A DNA stretch of 64,000 nt from Malacoraja senta (Eukaryota). Location of the stretch: NCBI GenBank assembly GCA_038087875.1, contig CM075998.1, forward strand, positions 434,001 through 498,000, read 5' to 3'. A program made the position numbers and the translations under genes. Of this stretch, positions 50,926-61,979 are shown piece after piece (positions within the stretch are counted from its first letter, which is position 1; every line of letters starts with the position of its first letter). The notes under the pieces were generated by a model. That model ran no database searches. It had not been told where the DNA came from and worked only from the letters and a program-made list of their open reading frames with translations.

Positions 50926-53517
50926 ATGGCACAGAAGAAGCCATTTGGCCCAATTTATCTATCCTGGTATTCATACTCCACAAAGGCTCTACCCATCTCT
51001 CTCCATCTACCTCACCGCCACATCCTTCTACCATTTGCATCTTTATCTAGCTTCCTCTTACACCTTTCTCTGCTGTTTACCTAAACTCTTCCACATGGGA
51101 GCCACCCTCACATTCTCTCTGCTGTCCAGAATGCCATGTTACAATCATCATTGACCATATCTTTACAACCTTGGGTTCTGGTCTTCCCCACAGGTGAAAG
51201 CATCTTGTCTACAGTGAGCCTGCACAAACCCTACCATGGCTTTAAAGACATCTACTGGGGAAACTTCCTTACTGGGATAAAGAGTCCTTCCTGCTGGTGC
51301 AACCACTCCATTCAGGTCAAGCCCTTGGTATGAGCTGGGATGCAGGTAGCCAACAATCGCTTATGGTCAGTAGGAAACAATTCTTCAAATGCCCAGCTTG
51401 AGCTGATATCACGCAGTGTCTGAAAACATATTTTGGCATTGTTTAAGGAAACATGGTAAAAATATTTTAGCATCTGCTTTGTTGCTGAAATGTTCTACAT
51501 TTTTTCGATGTACTTAAATAATAGTGTCGACAGTGCAGATGCAACTCTTGGACTCCCTGGGTGTCCCATTATATTTGGCCTTGCATTAAGAGAATGTAGT
51601 TCTCCTTTTAAACAAGGGATTCCTCCTCTCAACCTTGATCTTTCCAGAGATGTCCTTTTGGAAAAACCCCAGCAGAAGCCGTCTGCATGAGGAATTTCCT
51701 TCCATTTCTTTTATGTAAACAGATGGGCTCCCAGAAAAGGTGAGCCCCTTAATATTAGTGCTCAGATCCCCACAAGCCTCAGATGGTAGTGAGATGCAAT
51801 TCCATTGAAGATTTGGCATCAAGAGGAGGTGCCTCACTTCCCCACCCCCCTCCCTGGCCCCACCCCAGCCACTGCACACAGGGGAAGAATCAAAGGGCAA
51901 ATAGACCCAGACCTATTGCAATGGCCAGGTATGAAGCAGTGACGTGCGGTGAGGTCAATGGCTGGGGAGACACTGGCTAGTATCAGTGGCCCGGCCCTCC
52001 CTGTATAGATCACCGCGTCTACCCAGGGAGAGAGCGGGCTGGAGCCGGGGCTGTGTGCGTGAAGCACGGTGACTGGAGGGGCGGGAGCGTTGCCCCGCGA
52101 CCATGAGGGAACGACCCACCTCCCCCTCTCCATTCCCCCTCACACCCCCCTCCCCGTCTACCCCTTGCTTCCCCCTCCACCCTCTCTCCACCCTCCACCC
52201 GGGGTAGATCTACCCGAGCTGAGAGTAAATTACTCCAGCGCCGGGCCCCCTTAGGCGCGGAGCCCAATTGAGAGCTCTCAGCGGCCCAGAGCCTCCGAAT
52301 CGGCCGCTACAAATCAACCTAACAGTCAGCGCCGCCAGCGGTGGAATCCAGTGCTGCACCGCCGCTGCTGAAGATAGCTAACGTGAAGCGAGAGTGAGGT
52401 AGCGTCAATTACGTGGGCTGAGCCTACGTAATTGACGCTTGCTCTCCATCCACTGGGCTAAAGACACGCCCCCTCAGTGAGGCAGATGTGATCACTGCCT
52501 CCCCTGGTGCTTATTCATTGCAGTTTTATGAGCCTAAATGTAATATATTTATACGTGAAATAAGTTACCTGGACTATGGAAGGTGAGGACATGTAATGAA
52601 GGGGTTTACACACATTACATTGGTGACATACAGAGAGATAGTAACAGGCACACGCTTATTGCCCACGCTCCATGCAGTTTCTGAGGGGTTGCGCAATCAG
52701 AGGGGAGGCTCAGCTCATTGCTGCCTCACCTCTCATCTCTCCCTGTATTTGCAAATTTGGCGATTTTGACTATAAAAAATGATTAGATACATATAGAAAT
52801 GACATTTATAACACAGATCAGTGGAAAAATCTTTATATTTATTTTATATTGTTATTTTTCTTTACTTTTCTTAACAGCTGTTTTCATTGGGAGTATGACA
52901 GGTGAGGCTCTGCCTCCCCTGACCGCACGTCCCTGGTATGAAGTACCATCCAGGGACTCAGCTACCGACTCTACTCAGTCACACAAGCAAAAGGTTTTCC
53001 TGTTTGGAATTCGGAACATTGGCAACAGCACAAGGGATTGCCTTGTGAACAAGCTGGTCATCTCATAGGAGAAAGATGACTGCACTGTGTCCACATAGGC
53101 CATCCAAATGGTCTCTCTACAGCATCTGTGCACCCACTAGAAAGTGTGGTTACAGTAGCTGTGGTTAAATTACCAGACCAGCAGTCAGAATTCACTAGAG
53201 ATCTAGCTACTTGAGTTTGAATCTCATTATAGCAACTGGGACTTTACATGCAAGTATTTAAATAAATGTGGATTTAAAGCTAATATTGGTAACTGAAACA
53301 GCCAGAATTCCATTACAATCTTTGTGGGCGACATAGTTGATAGAGAAAGTTCACAGATAGATTAACAGCGACAGAGTGTTTACCACTCCACTCAAGGCAG
53401 GGCATTTTGCTCTTCCCATCCACTGCAGAAGATTGTCGTGGGCAGGATGGGTGGTGTGCCCTCTTTAATATTATAAACATCTAGGATTCTGTGATGGAAG
53501 GCAGTTCTAACCAGGGT

Positions 53518-53720
53518 CAGACACAAAATACTGGAGTAACTCATCGGGTCAGGCAGCATCTCTGGAGAAAAGGAATAGGTGACGTTTCAGATCAAGACCC
53601 TTCTTCTGACTGAAACATCACCTATTCTTTTTCTCCAGAGATGCTGCCTGACCCACTGAGTTACTCCAGCCTTTTGCGTCCATCTTTGATTTAAACCAGC
53701 ATCTGCAGTTCCTCCCTGCA
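53518..53720. mobile_element. Fold-back element
   Basis: 16-bp TSD CAGTTCTAACCAGGGT (53502-53517 / 53721-53736). Confidence 0.88.
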
Positions 53721-54299
53721 CAGTTCTAACCAGGGTGTTTGAAGCAATAAACAACAGCGGAACAATTTCTCTGGTGTGGGAATCCAGAGAAAACTGAAAA
53801 TTCATCACAAAATTCAAGGATTGAACCAAGAAACATTGTTGCAGTGTCAGAATTCGACAGCTCTCCCCTACAAAGAGCTGTGATTACTGGGGTAGCATGG
53901 AAACGCCAGAACTGGTTGAAGACACCAGGGGCTACAGAGCAAAGGCACATGAACAAGGATGAGTTACAGATCAACCCAAACGATAGACAAGCCCGTGGCT
54001 GAATGGCCTCCATCTGTTCCCGTGTAGCTCCACAAAAGGCGGACAGCTCCAGACAGCTCCGGTTGTCGGTGGAAAACATTGTCTGAAATTGCAAACGTTA
54101 TGAAAAATAATGCAATAATTCAACACTAGCAGGTGTGAAGATGGGATAAACGAGACAGGTGGAAACTGCGTCCCTTTGCCAGGTATTCCAGGCATTGGCA
54201 ACAATTTGCCAAATCCCCTAACTACATGTGATAGGAATGCAGCAGCACTCACCCCAGTCCGCTCTATACATAAATAACATTTTCTTTAAGATCTCCTGC

Positions 54300-54650
54300 C
54301 TGTCAAGGTGACGGATGTCGGGACCGGGGAATGGAATACCAACCCAGCTGTGGTTCCGCAGGGATTCCTCTCGCCACTGAGGTCGTGGGTTGGAGTCCCA
54401 CGCTGGAAACGTCCCCTAATCCAGGCTGATGCTCCCTGTGCCATACTGAGGGGGAGACACCCAGGCGGGGATTCAGTCTTCCAGATGAGATGTTGAAAGG
54501 AGTCCTTGTCAGCCTGTCATGGATGTACAAAATCCCATGGCGCCTGAAGAGCAAGTGGAATTGCCCAAGAGCTGCTACTCCCTCAATCATTAAAGCACAT
54601 TATCTGCTCATTTATGTCAATGTCATTTCTGGGATTTTACTGTGCACATT
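54300..54650 (+). mobile_element. Ancient Deu-SINE-like relic
   Basis: GATGTACAAAATCCCATGGC...GAAGAGCA...TCCCTCAATCA...ATTATCTGCTCATT...TGGGATTTTACTGTGCAC resembles the recalled Deu domain. Related minus-strand copies at ~32000-32270, ~47330-47600, ~45590-45790 and ~43310-43510. Confidence 0.6.
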
Positions 54651-55729
54651 TATATTAAACATATGATGAAGCAGCAGGAAGGAACCATGTGACACTTCTA
54701 GCCTGCTCAACCATTCGTCCAGATCATGGCTGATCTCATTTTAGCTCCAATTTCCTGCACTGTCCCCATAGCTCCTGAATTCCCAAATACATATTTGGAA
54801 ATCTATATCGTCCTAAGTAACTGCAGATGCTGGTTCGCACTAGAGGAGACAAAGTGCTGGAGTAACTTAGCCGGTCTGGCAGCATCTCTGGAGAACGTGG
54901 ATAGGTGACGTTTCAGGTTGGGACCCTTCCTCAAACTGATTGTAGTGGGGGTGGGGACTGAAAGCAAGAGGGGGGGGGGGGGAGAAAAACAGGACAGGAT
55001 TGTGGTGAGGGCAGAGGGTGGCAGGGGAGGAGAAATCTGTCAAGCTTGGCCCAAATAGTTTAACGTTGTCACCAGAGCATGAAAAGTGAGCACAGTGGTG
55101 CTGTCACCTATGTCCTGGTGCATAAATGACTATGACCCCTTGGTCTGCCTGTTAACTCTATTCCATTGCATCCTTCCTCACACTGTCCCGTAATCCCCTG
55201 CTCCTGGTCCATCTGCGCAGCAGTGGTCGTGGGTTTGGAAGGTGCTGTTGGGGACGCCTTGGCTTCGATGGACTGCAGCACCTGACCTCAGGTCTGTGCA
55301 AGGGTAAGTTTGCAGAAGGCACCCAAAAGCAACTCAGGAATGAATCAAGGATCAAGAGGCAGGAGAACAAGCAGTCTGTGCTTGGAGTGCCAGCACACTG
55401 CAGCTATGTAGACGTATGTACAGAAGAAAGGCAGCAAAAGGCCTTTTAAAAACTCACTTGGAATAAGTAATTGCATAATAAAATGTTCATCCTGTCACTG
55501 TGTAATCCAGAACTACTTCTGCATTCTTGACAATAGAATCAAAACGGAATAACTCCAGATGGTAAGCCTGTTCTGGCATTAAAATGATTCAATGCTTGGA
55601 AAAAAGGACTCGGTGAAAAGTATTACTTAAAATATTAAATCTTAAAATATTACTACCATGTTCCAGAGGAAAGGCCAAGTGGAAATGGCTTTCCTTGAAA
55701 TCACTGCTGCCTCTTAAACATCAGAGCTA

Positions 55730-56095
55730 TGGAGGCTGAGGAAAGACGCAATAGAGGTATATAAAGTTATGAGAGATGCAGACAGGGTAGATAGTCAGAG
55801 TCTTTTTTCCCCCAGAGAGGAAAAGTCAAATATTAAAAGGGCTAAGTTTTAAGGTGAGAAGCAAAAAATGTAAAGGCGATTGAAGAGGTTAGTAGGTGGA
55901 ACACACTGCCTGGTGAGGTGGTGGAAGCAGATACGATAGCAATGTTTAAGAGGTATTTAGGCATTCACATGAACAGACAAGGATTGTAAGGCTATGGATC
56001 GAGTGCAAGCAAATGTGCAGTTTAAATTAGCATCGTAGCCAGTGCAGACATCATGGGCCAAAGGGCCTGTTTCTGTGCTGTACTGTTCTATGTAC
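55730..56095 (+). mobile_element. Old CR1 3' fragment
   Basis: GAGGTATATAAAGTTATGAGA...TTTAAGGTGAGA...GGGCCAAAGGGCCTGTTTCTGTGCTGTACTGTTCTATG tail. Confidence 0.75.
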
Positions 56096-56360
56096 ATCCA
56101 GCAGTAACAAATCCTCCAGACCCAAGGTTTAAAACAAGGAACTGCAGATGCTGGTTTACAAAAAAATGACTAAGTGCTGGAGTCACTCAGTGGGTCAGGC
56201 AGTATCTCTGGAGAACGTGGATTGGATGACATTTCGGGTTGGGACCCTTTTTTAGACTTCCCGACCCAAAACGGTACCTATCAACTTTCTCCAGAGATGC
56301 TGCTTGGCTTGCTGAGTTACTGCTGCAGAATCTAAAATAGTTGGTGTGAAATACTAGCAA

Positions 56361-56377
56361 TGGCCAGTAGATGGCAG
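56361..56377 (+). promoter_or_regulatory. Consensus CTCF motif between ORMDL2 and GDF11
   Basis: TGGCCAGTAGATGGCAG matches the CTCF core consensus; binding not shown. Confidence 0.6.
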
Positions 56378-57020
56378 GATCTGCACAGTCTGAATCAAAG
56401 AACCATTGAACAAAAAATACAAGAGGTGAGGGGAATGTTGAAAAAGTATTTATGGAGAGGGTTTCAGGTCTCTGAGTATGAAGGGGGAGGGGGGAATCAC
56501 TTATTGTTGGCTGGTCATCCATATTGGAATGTGTTCCCTCCTGTATGGAAAATTAATGGGATTGGTGTGGGGGATTCTGAGGAGTTGAAGCTGATCGGAA
56601 GCGATCATATACAAGAGAATATTACTTCCCTGATAACGACTCAACTTCCCTTCTTCACCCACAGTATTTTCAGATTTCTCAGATTTTGCCCCCTCCAAAT
56701 CAGCTGTCATTACTTCCCCCTCAACAAAACTAACCCTTCACCCATGATCCTTGGAAAGTTCAGGGTGGGATTGTTTCCGCATCATTCATGTCCCTATAAC
56801 CATATTCCATAACCTTTCTGCCCTTCTCTTTCATCCTTTCCTCCAACAACAAAAACAACATAATCAAGGATCACTCACACCCCGATTATTCCCTTATCCA
56901 TCCCGGCAAAAGATACATCAGCTTGAAAGCACGTACCATCAGATTCAGGAACTGATGCCAGTTCACTGAATGGACCTCTGATACGCTAAGGATGTAGTCC
57001 CAATCTTCCAGCCTACATCG

Positions 57021-57540
57021 TTGTGGACCGTGCACTTTTTTGGCACCGTGCACATCAACTCCAGCTGCCCAGACAGCCTTGATCCACTGCAACTTGCCTA
57101 CAGCTGTAATAGGCTCAGGCAGATGGCCAATAAAGTACACCAATGCCTCGACTTCCTCAGAAGGTTTAGGAAATTTCTCATGTCTCCAGTGACCAATTTG
57201 TACAGATGTACTGTAGGAGGTATCCTATTGGGATACATCACAGCTTGGTATGGCAACACTGCATTGCCAGAGACTGCAAGAAATGACAGAGTTGTGAATG
57301 CAGCCCAGTCTATTATGCAAACCAACTCCTCCATGATTCCATCCACACTTCATGCTGCCTTGGGAAAGCACTCAACATTATCAAAGCCCACTCGCATCCC
57401 TGTCATTCCATCTTCTCCTCTCTCCCGTTGGGCAGAAGATACAAAGGTTGAAAGAAAGCAAATACAACCATATTCAAGGACAGCTTCTTCCTACTGTTAT
57501 CAGAATCTTGAACAGTCCTCTCGTATCCTATGGGTGGATT
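57021..57540 (+). mobile_element. Rex1/Babar-clade LINE fragment, internally deleted
   Basis: LDPLQLAY joined directly to KVHQCLDFLRRFRKF...NLYRCTVGGILLGYITAWYGN, both typical Rex1/Babar RT segments. Confidence 0.75.
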
Positions 57541-57769
57541 CCCAATCTCCATTGTTGCCACCCTTGAACTTTTATTTAGATGAGTCACAGATTCAAACAG
57601 CACAGAAACAAGCTCTTCAGCCCAACTTGCTCATGCTGACCAATATTGACATTAGTCCTGCCTGCCTGCATGTAGCCCATATCCCTCTAAACCTTGCATA
57701 TCCATGTAGCTGATCAAATGTCTTTTAAATGCTGTTATGCTACCTGCCTCGTCTACCTCCTCCGGTAGA

Positions 57770-58172
57770 GTGAAGGGCAAAGCAGGCAAACGTAAGGAAG
57801 CTTGGTTGACGAGGGAAATTGAGACATTAGTCAAAAACAAGAAGGATGTATAGGCAGGCATAGGCAGCTGGGATCAAGTGCATCCCTGGAGGAGTTTCGG
57901 GAACGAAGGAGTAAACTAAAAAAGGAAATCAGAAGGGCAAAAAGGGGCCAGGAGATAGCTCTGGCGGGTAGCATTAAGGACAATCCCAAAATATTTTATA
58001 AATACATAAGGGGGAAAAGGGTAACGAGATAGAGAGAGTGGGACCTGTCAGAAATCAAAGCAGTCACCTCTGTGTGGAGCCACAGGAGATGGGCAAGGTC
58101 CTCAATGAGTATTTCTCCTCTGTATTTACCGAGGAGAAAGACAGTAGGACGGAGGAACTTGGAGCAGTCACT
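57770..58172 (+). mobile_element. CR1 LINE internal ORF2 fragment
   Basis: Decayed KLKKEIRRAKRG...IKDNPKIFYKYI...VGP...EMGKVLNEYFSSVFTEE. An opposite-strand CR1 tail lies at ~57590-57765. Confidence 0.8.
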
Positions 58173-60129
58173 GGATCTACTACCATAATGTGGTTCAATG
58201 TCGGAGCCTCTCTCCTGGAGGCGGCAATGGTCACTCTAGCCCCAAATTGTGTTTAAAACCAGAACCCCACTGAGATATTAGTTTCACTGATGCTCTGAGG
58301 AATTCGACGTTATATTTTAATGACGTTTTTGTTATCCAGTGCATGGGGCTGTACGGATTTAAACTGAAGCAGAAAATGAAACTCAAAGAAACTGCAGATG
58401 CTGGAAATCTGAAATGAAAACAGAGAATGCTGGAAACACTCAGTAGGTCGGCGGCGTCTGTGGGGAGAAATTGTCACCGCTTTAGGTCATAAACACCTTA
58501 TCGTTTCTCCATCATCGGATGCTGTCCGACCTGCTAAGTGTTTCCAGCATTTCCCGATTTTTAAAATCTCGATAGTGATTACGTACCGAGATAGTCTTGC
58601 TGAGCTAAAACAATGTACTTCACTGTACCTGGTAGACGTGGCAATAAAGAAACAATCGAACTGCCTAAAATCCGAGCGATGCTTGAAAAACTCAGTCTAA
58701 AACATTCCACTACAATGTCGTCGTATATGAAACAAACAGTCGGCAAACACTTTTTATATCAGAGCAGAAATGTCTCTTAATGTCACTCCCTCGCCCCATC
58801 TCACGTACAATAAATTGCTTGCGTCGGCCTGTGCACAAAAATGAAGGCACTTAATAAATCAGATTAAGCGATTTTATAACCGCACCTGCAAGTCAGCCAA
58901 AGCCCTTTTCTTTTAAGTTCTGGTTACATTTGCAACCCAGGTTAAATGGAAACGGAGAATGCAGATAGCTGGTACTTTTAAACCTCGCTCTAATTAAATC
59001 GAATGATCAACAGTCGGGCCTTGTTTAAGACTGTACTTAACACGGGGGGGAAATCTCTTTCCCTTGACTTTTCGATTGCCAATCATTGATGTTCCTTTCT
59101 ATCAATTTAGGAAAACGTGACCATTTTCACATTTAAGTCCCATCTCCACAATGTGGTACGGGCTTCACACCTTGCATTGTAACATTAGGAACCAGAGGGT
59201 CCATCTGTCATTTCGCCCGATTAAGCCGCAGATTGCAATGGCCCCAAGGTCTGGTGCATTCATTATTAGCCTTTTATTTTATTCTAGTTTATGGATACCG
59301 TCACTTTTTTGCCCTCTCGCTCTTGATTCTTTCCGTTAAAATGAGGCCAAGAACCATCACAATTTCCGCCCATCAGTCGGCTAAATTGACCAGTAACTGA
59401 CGCAGAAATCGTTTCAAATAGGTTCGGTGAAAAACGGCGAACAAATGCATCAAGTGCAACCTAACGACCATTTAAAGAATATTTATTTATCCGTTCGCTG
59501 GCAGTGCCAATATTTGTGGATCAATCCTAATTGGCTTTGAGCTGAGGAGGCGGTTAAGAGTTAAACACAGCGGTAGGCCGGGAGTCACATATAGAAGGAC
59601 ATCAGTGAAACATGTTTTGTTTGACAACAATCCGGTGGTTTCATGGTCATCATTACCAATAATTTATTTTTTATACCAGATTTAGTTAATTATTACTCGA
59701 ATTTCCTTCCCGCCCTGTTTATAATTTATTATAATGCATGCATAAATTAATGAAATAGTAGATTCATGCTTGGATACGGTTTAAAAACAAAGGTTTTGAA
59801 ATTACAATAAACGGGACCTAAACAAGAAACATAAACACTGATATTATTTAAAGACTTCCTTCCCGGCTTCCAGGAAGCGAACTAAACCGCACTTTGTTTC
59901 ATCCCTCTTTCCATCACCCCACTAAAACAACGCCAATAGATGATTTCACAAGAACGCCCCGCTAAAACATGTAAATAAAACACATTCAGACAACAGTCCA
60001 AGAGTGCCGAGCGCTTGGTGCAAGTAGCAATAAACTTCAATGATGTTAATTGCGGGTCAGTTTCACAGGCGCACGATGGCCGTCAAATCCTGGTTGGGTT
60101 AAAAGAGACGCAAAAACAGAATTTAAAAA

Positions 60130-60172
60130 ACACACACACACACATACACACATATATATATATATATATATA
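60130..60172. repeat. (CA)n(TA)n microsatellite upstream of GDF11
   Basis: Direct observation. Confidence 0.95.
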
Positions 60173-60476
60173 GGGAAAAGATCTGGAATAAATTATGAAA
60201 ATTAAACGCGAAAGCACAGCCGCAGATTTCTATATAACGATATTAAACTGAGGAATAAAATAGTTTGTCAATTTAAACACGTTTGGTAAATAGAAACAGT
60301 AGTCTGTGTCTAAATGAATAGAAGAGTCCAAATTGTGTCCGGTAAATGGAAGAGGGAAAGAATGAAATACAAGGAATGGTATCCCGAGAGCAGCTCTAGA
60401 TAGAGGGTGGGGAAACGTGCAAATAATAACTAGAATTGACACAAGGCAATATCTTCATTTTTTTTATCTCTTCTCC

Positions 60477-60559
60477 TGACAGCCCAAAACCCCTTTGGCT
60501 GTTCAGCCAATCCCAGATTTTTACGACGCAATAGTTCTGGTCAAAGTTATAATATAAAA
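60477..60559 (+). promoter_or_regulatory. GDF8/11-type proximal promoter: MEIS (TGACAG), CCAAT, CRE-like, TATA
   Basis: TGACAG 60477-60482, CCAAT 60507-60511, TTACGACG 60521-60528, TATAAAA 60553-60559; ~165 bp upstream of ATG 60723. Confidence 0.8.
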
Positions 60560-60675
60560 AGGGGCGACCCAGTTGATCAGTTATCATACACCAGCGTGTG
60601 TCTCACCCTCTGCCCTCTCCTCACTCCCGGCTGCAATCTGGGATCCAGCGCGTCTCTCCATTCTCAAGCGGGCGC

Positions 60676-60711
60676 GCACGCACACACACACACATAAACA
60701 CACACACACAC
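60676..60711. repeat. (CA)n microsatellite in the GDF11 5' UTR
   Basis: Lies between the TATA box and ATG 60723. Confidence 0.9.
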
Positions 60712-60722
60712 GCCAGCAGACC

Positions 60723-61119
60723 ATGCACAGACCACACGTTTTGCTTTGCCTCCTGATCTCTCTAGGATTGACAGGCAGCGACGAGCCAGCCTTGGAGAAG
60801 GATTTGGGGGCAGAAGAGAGCGCCTCAGACCATGCGGAACCTGGGAGCCAAGAATGCTCCGCTTGTTTATGGAGGGAGCACAGCAAAGCACTGAGGTTGG
60901 AATCCATTAAGTCCCAGATCCTGAGCAAGCTGCGTCTCAAGCAAGCCCCCAACATCAGCCGAGACATTGTCAATCAGCTCCTGCCTAAAGCTCCCCCGTT
61001 GCAACAACTGCTCGACCGCTATGACATCCAGGGAGATGACTGCTCAGCCAAAGAGCCTGCTCTGGAAGATGACGAGTATCACGCCACGACTGAAACTGTC
61101 ATTACCATGGCCGCCGAAC
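60723..61119 (+). CDS. GDF11: Growth/differentiation factor 11 (myostatin family) exon 1: signal peptide and N-terminal prodomain
   Basis: Signal peptide [18 protein letters not shown], then [51 protein letters not shown]...[16 protein letters not shown]; phase-1 donor C|gtgagt. [11 protein letters not shown]|D and [10 protein letters not shown] plus linkage to ORMDL2/DNAJC14 favour GDF11 over MSTN. Later exons lie outside the window. Confidence 0.85.
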
Positions 61120-61979
61120 GTGAGTACCCCCCTGTCCCATCTTCAAACTCTGGGCGAAAATATGTTGACGACTCAAAGGGGCAATGTCACACTGACGGAG
61201 GGGGTGGGGTCGTTTAAGCCTCATGCAATAAATTGTAATCTTTAACTGCGTCTGCCGTTATGCCGAAAGTCTGAGATGTCTCTTCCCAGGTGACACCAAC
61301 CTCCTGGTTGGTTCAAACTGCGCTACACTTTGTAACACTGATGGAGCGATTTTTGGACCAACCCCTTACCTGTTTCCACGGGAATCTACCTCAAAACACC
61401 AATTTAACCTGATGGCGATCTCATATTAACAACCACGCAGCCAGTCTCCAGGCAGTAGGTCACGTTGTAATATTTCAAGTTTTCCAAAATTACAGTATCT
61501 AGCGATAATCTCTGGGCTACAGTGCATGGAGTTAAATCAGAAACGGTAATTTAAAGAAGCAACTTATCAAATAAGGTGTCGGCTGGAGTTCAAAATTGAA
61601 AAACAAATAAGAAGTTAAATGAACTGATATCGCCATCATTGATGCCTGTACTAAAAGCCACATCTGAATATTACTATCTTTAAAAAAAACCTAGAGACTA
61701 AATTTAATCATTTTAATGCCTCAGCCCCACATTAAATGAAGATTGACAACGAATCAATCTATTGATATCACAATTTCTAACCTATGTAATTATATCACCC
61801 ATTTAAATTATAATTTATACCTAGTACTTTAAAATACAACTTGTGGTTGAAAGATGCAACAGTAATCTAATTGCTCCTGAAGTTATTTCACAAAAATTGA
61901 GCCACTCATTTCTAGATCACATCAGTGACAATTATTTCTGGATTATAATTCACAAACTATCAGGCGTGTTTTGCTATTT

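Noticed and set aside
60573-60722. N-terminal extension of GDF11 shown in the ORF track
   Set aside because: Starts at a non-ATG codon 14 bp after the TATA box and reads through a CA repeat; the signal peptide begins at ATG 60723.
60723-61119. Calling the gene MSTN
   Set aside because: Diagnostic residues and linkage to ORMDL2/DNAJC14 favour GDF11; not fully excluded without the mature domain.
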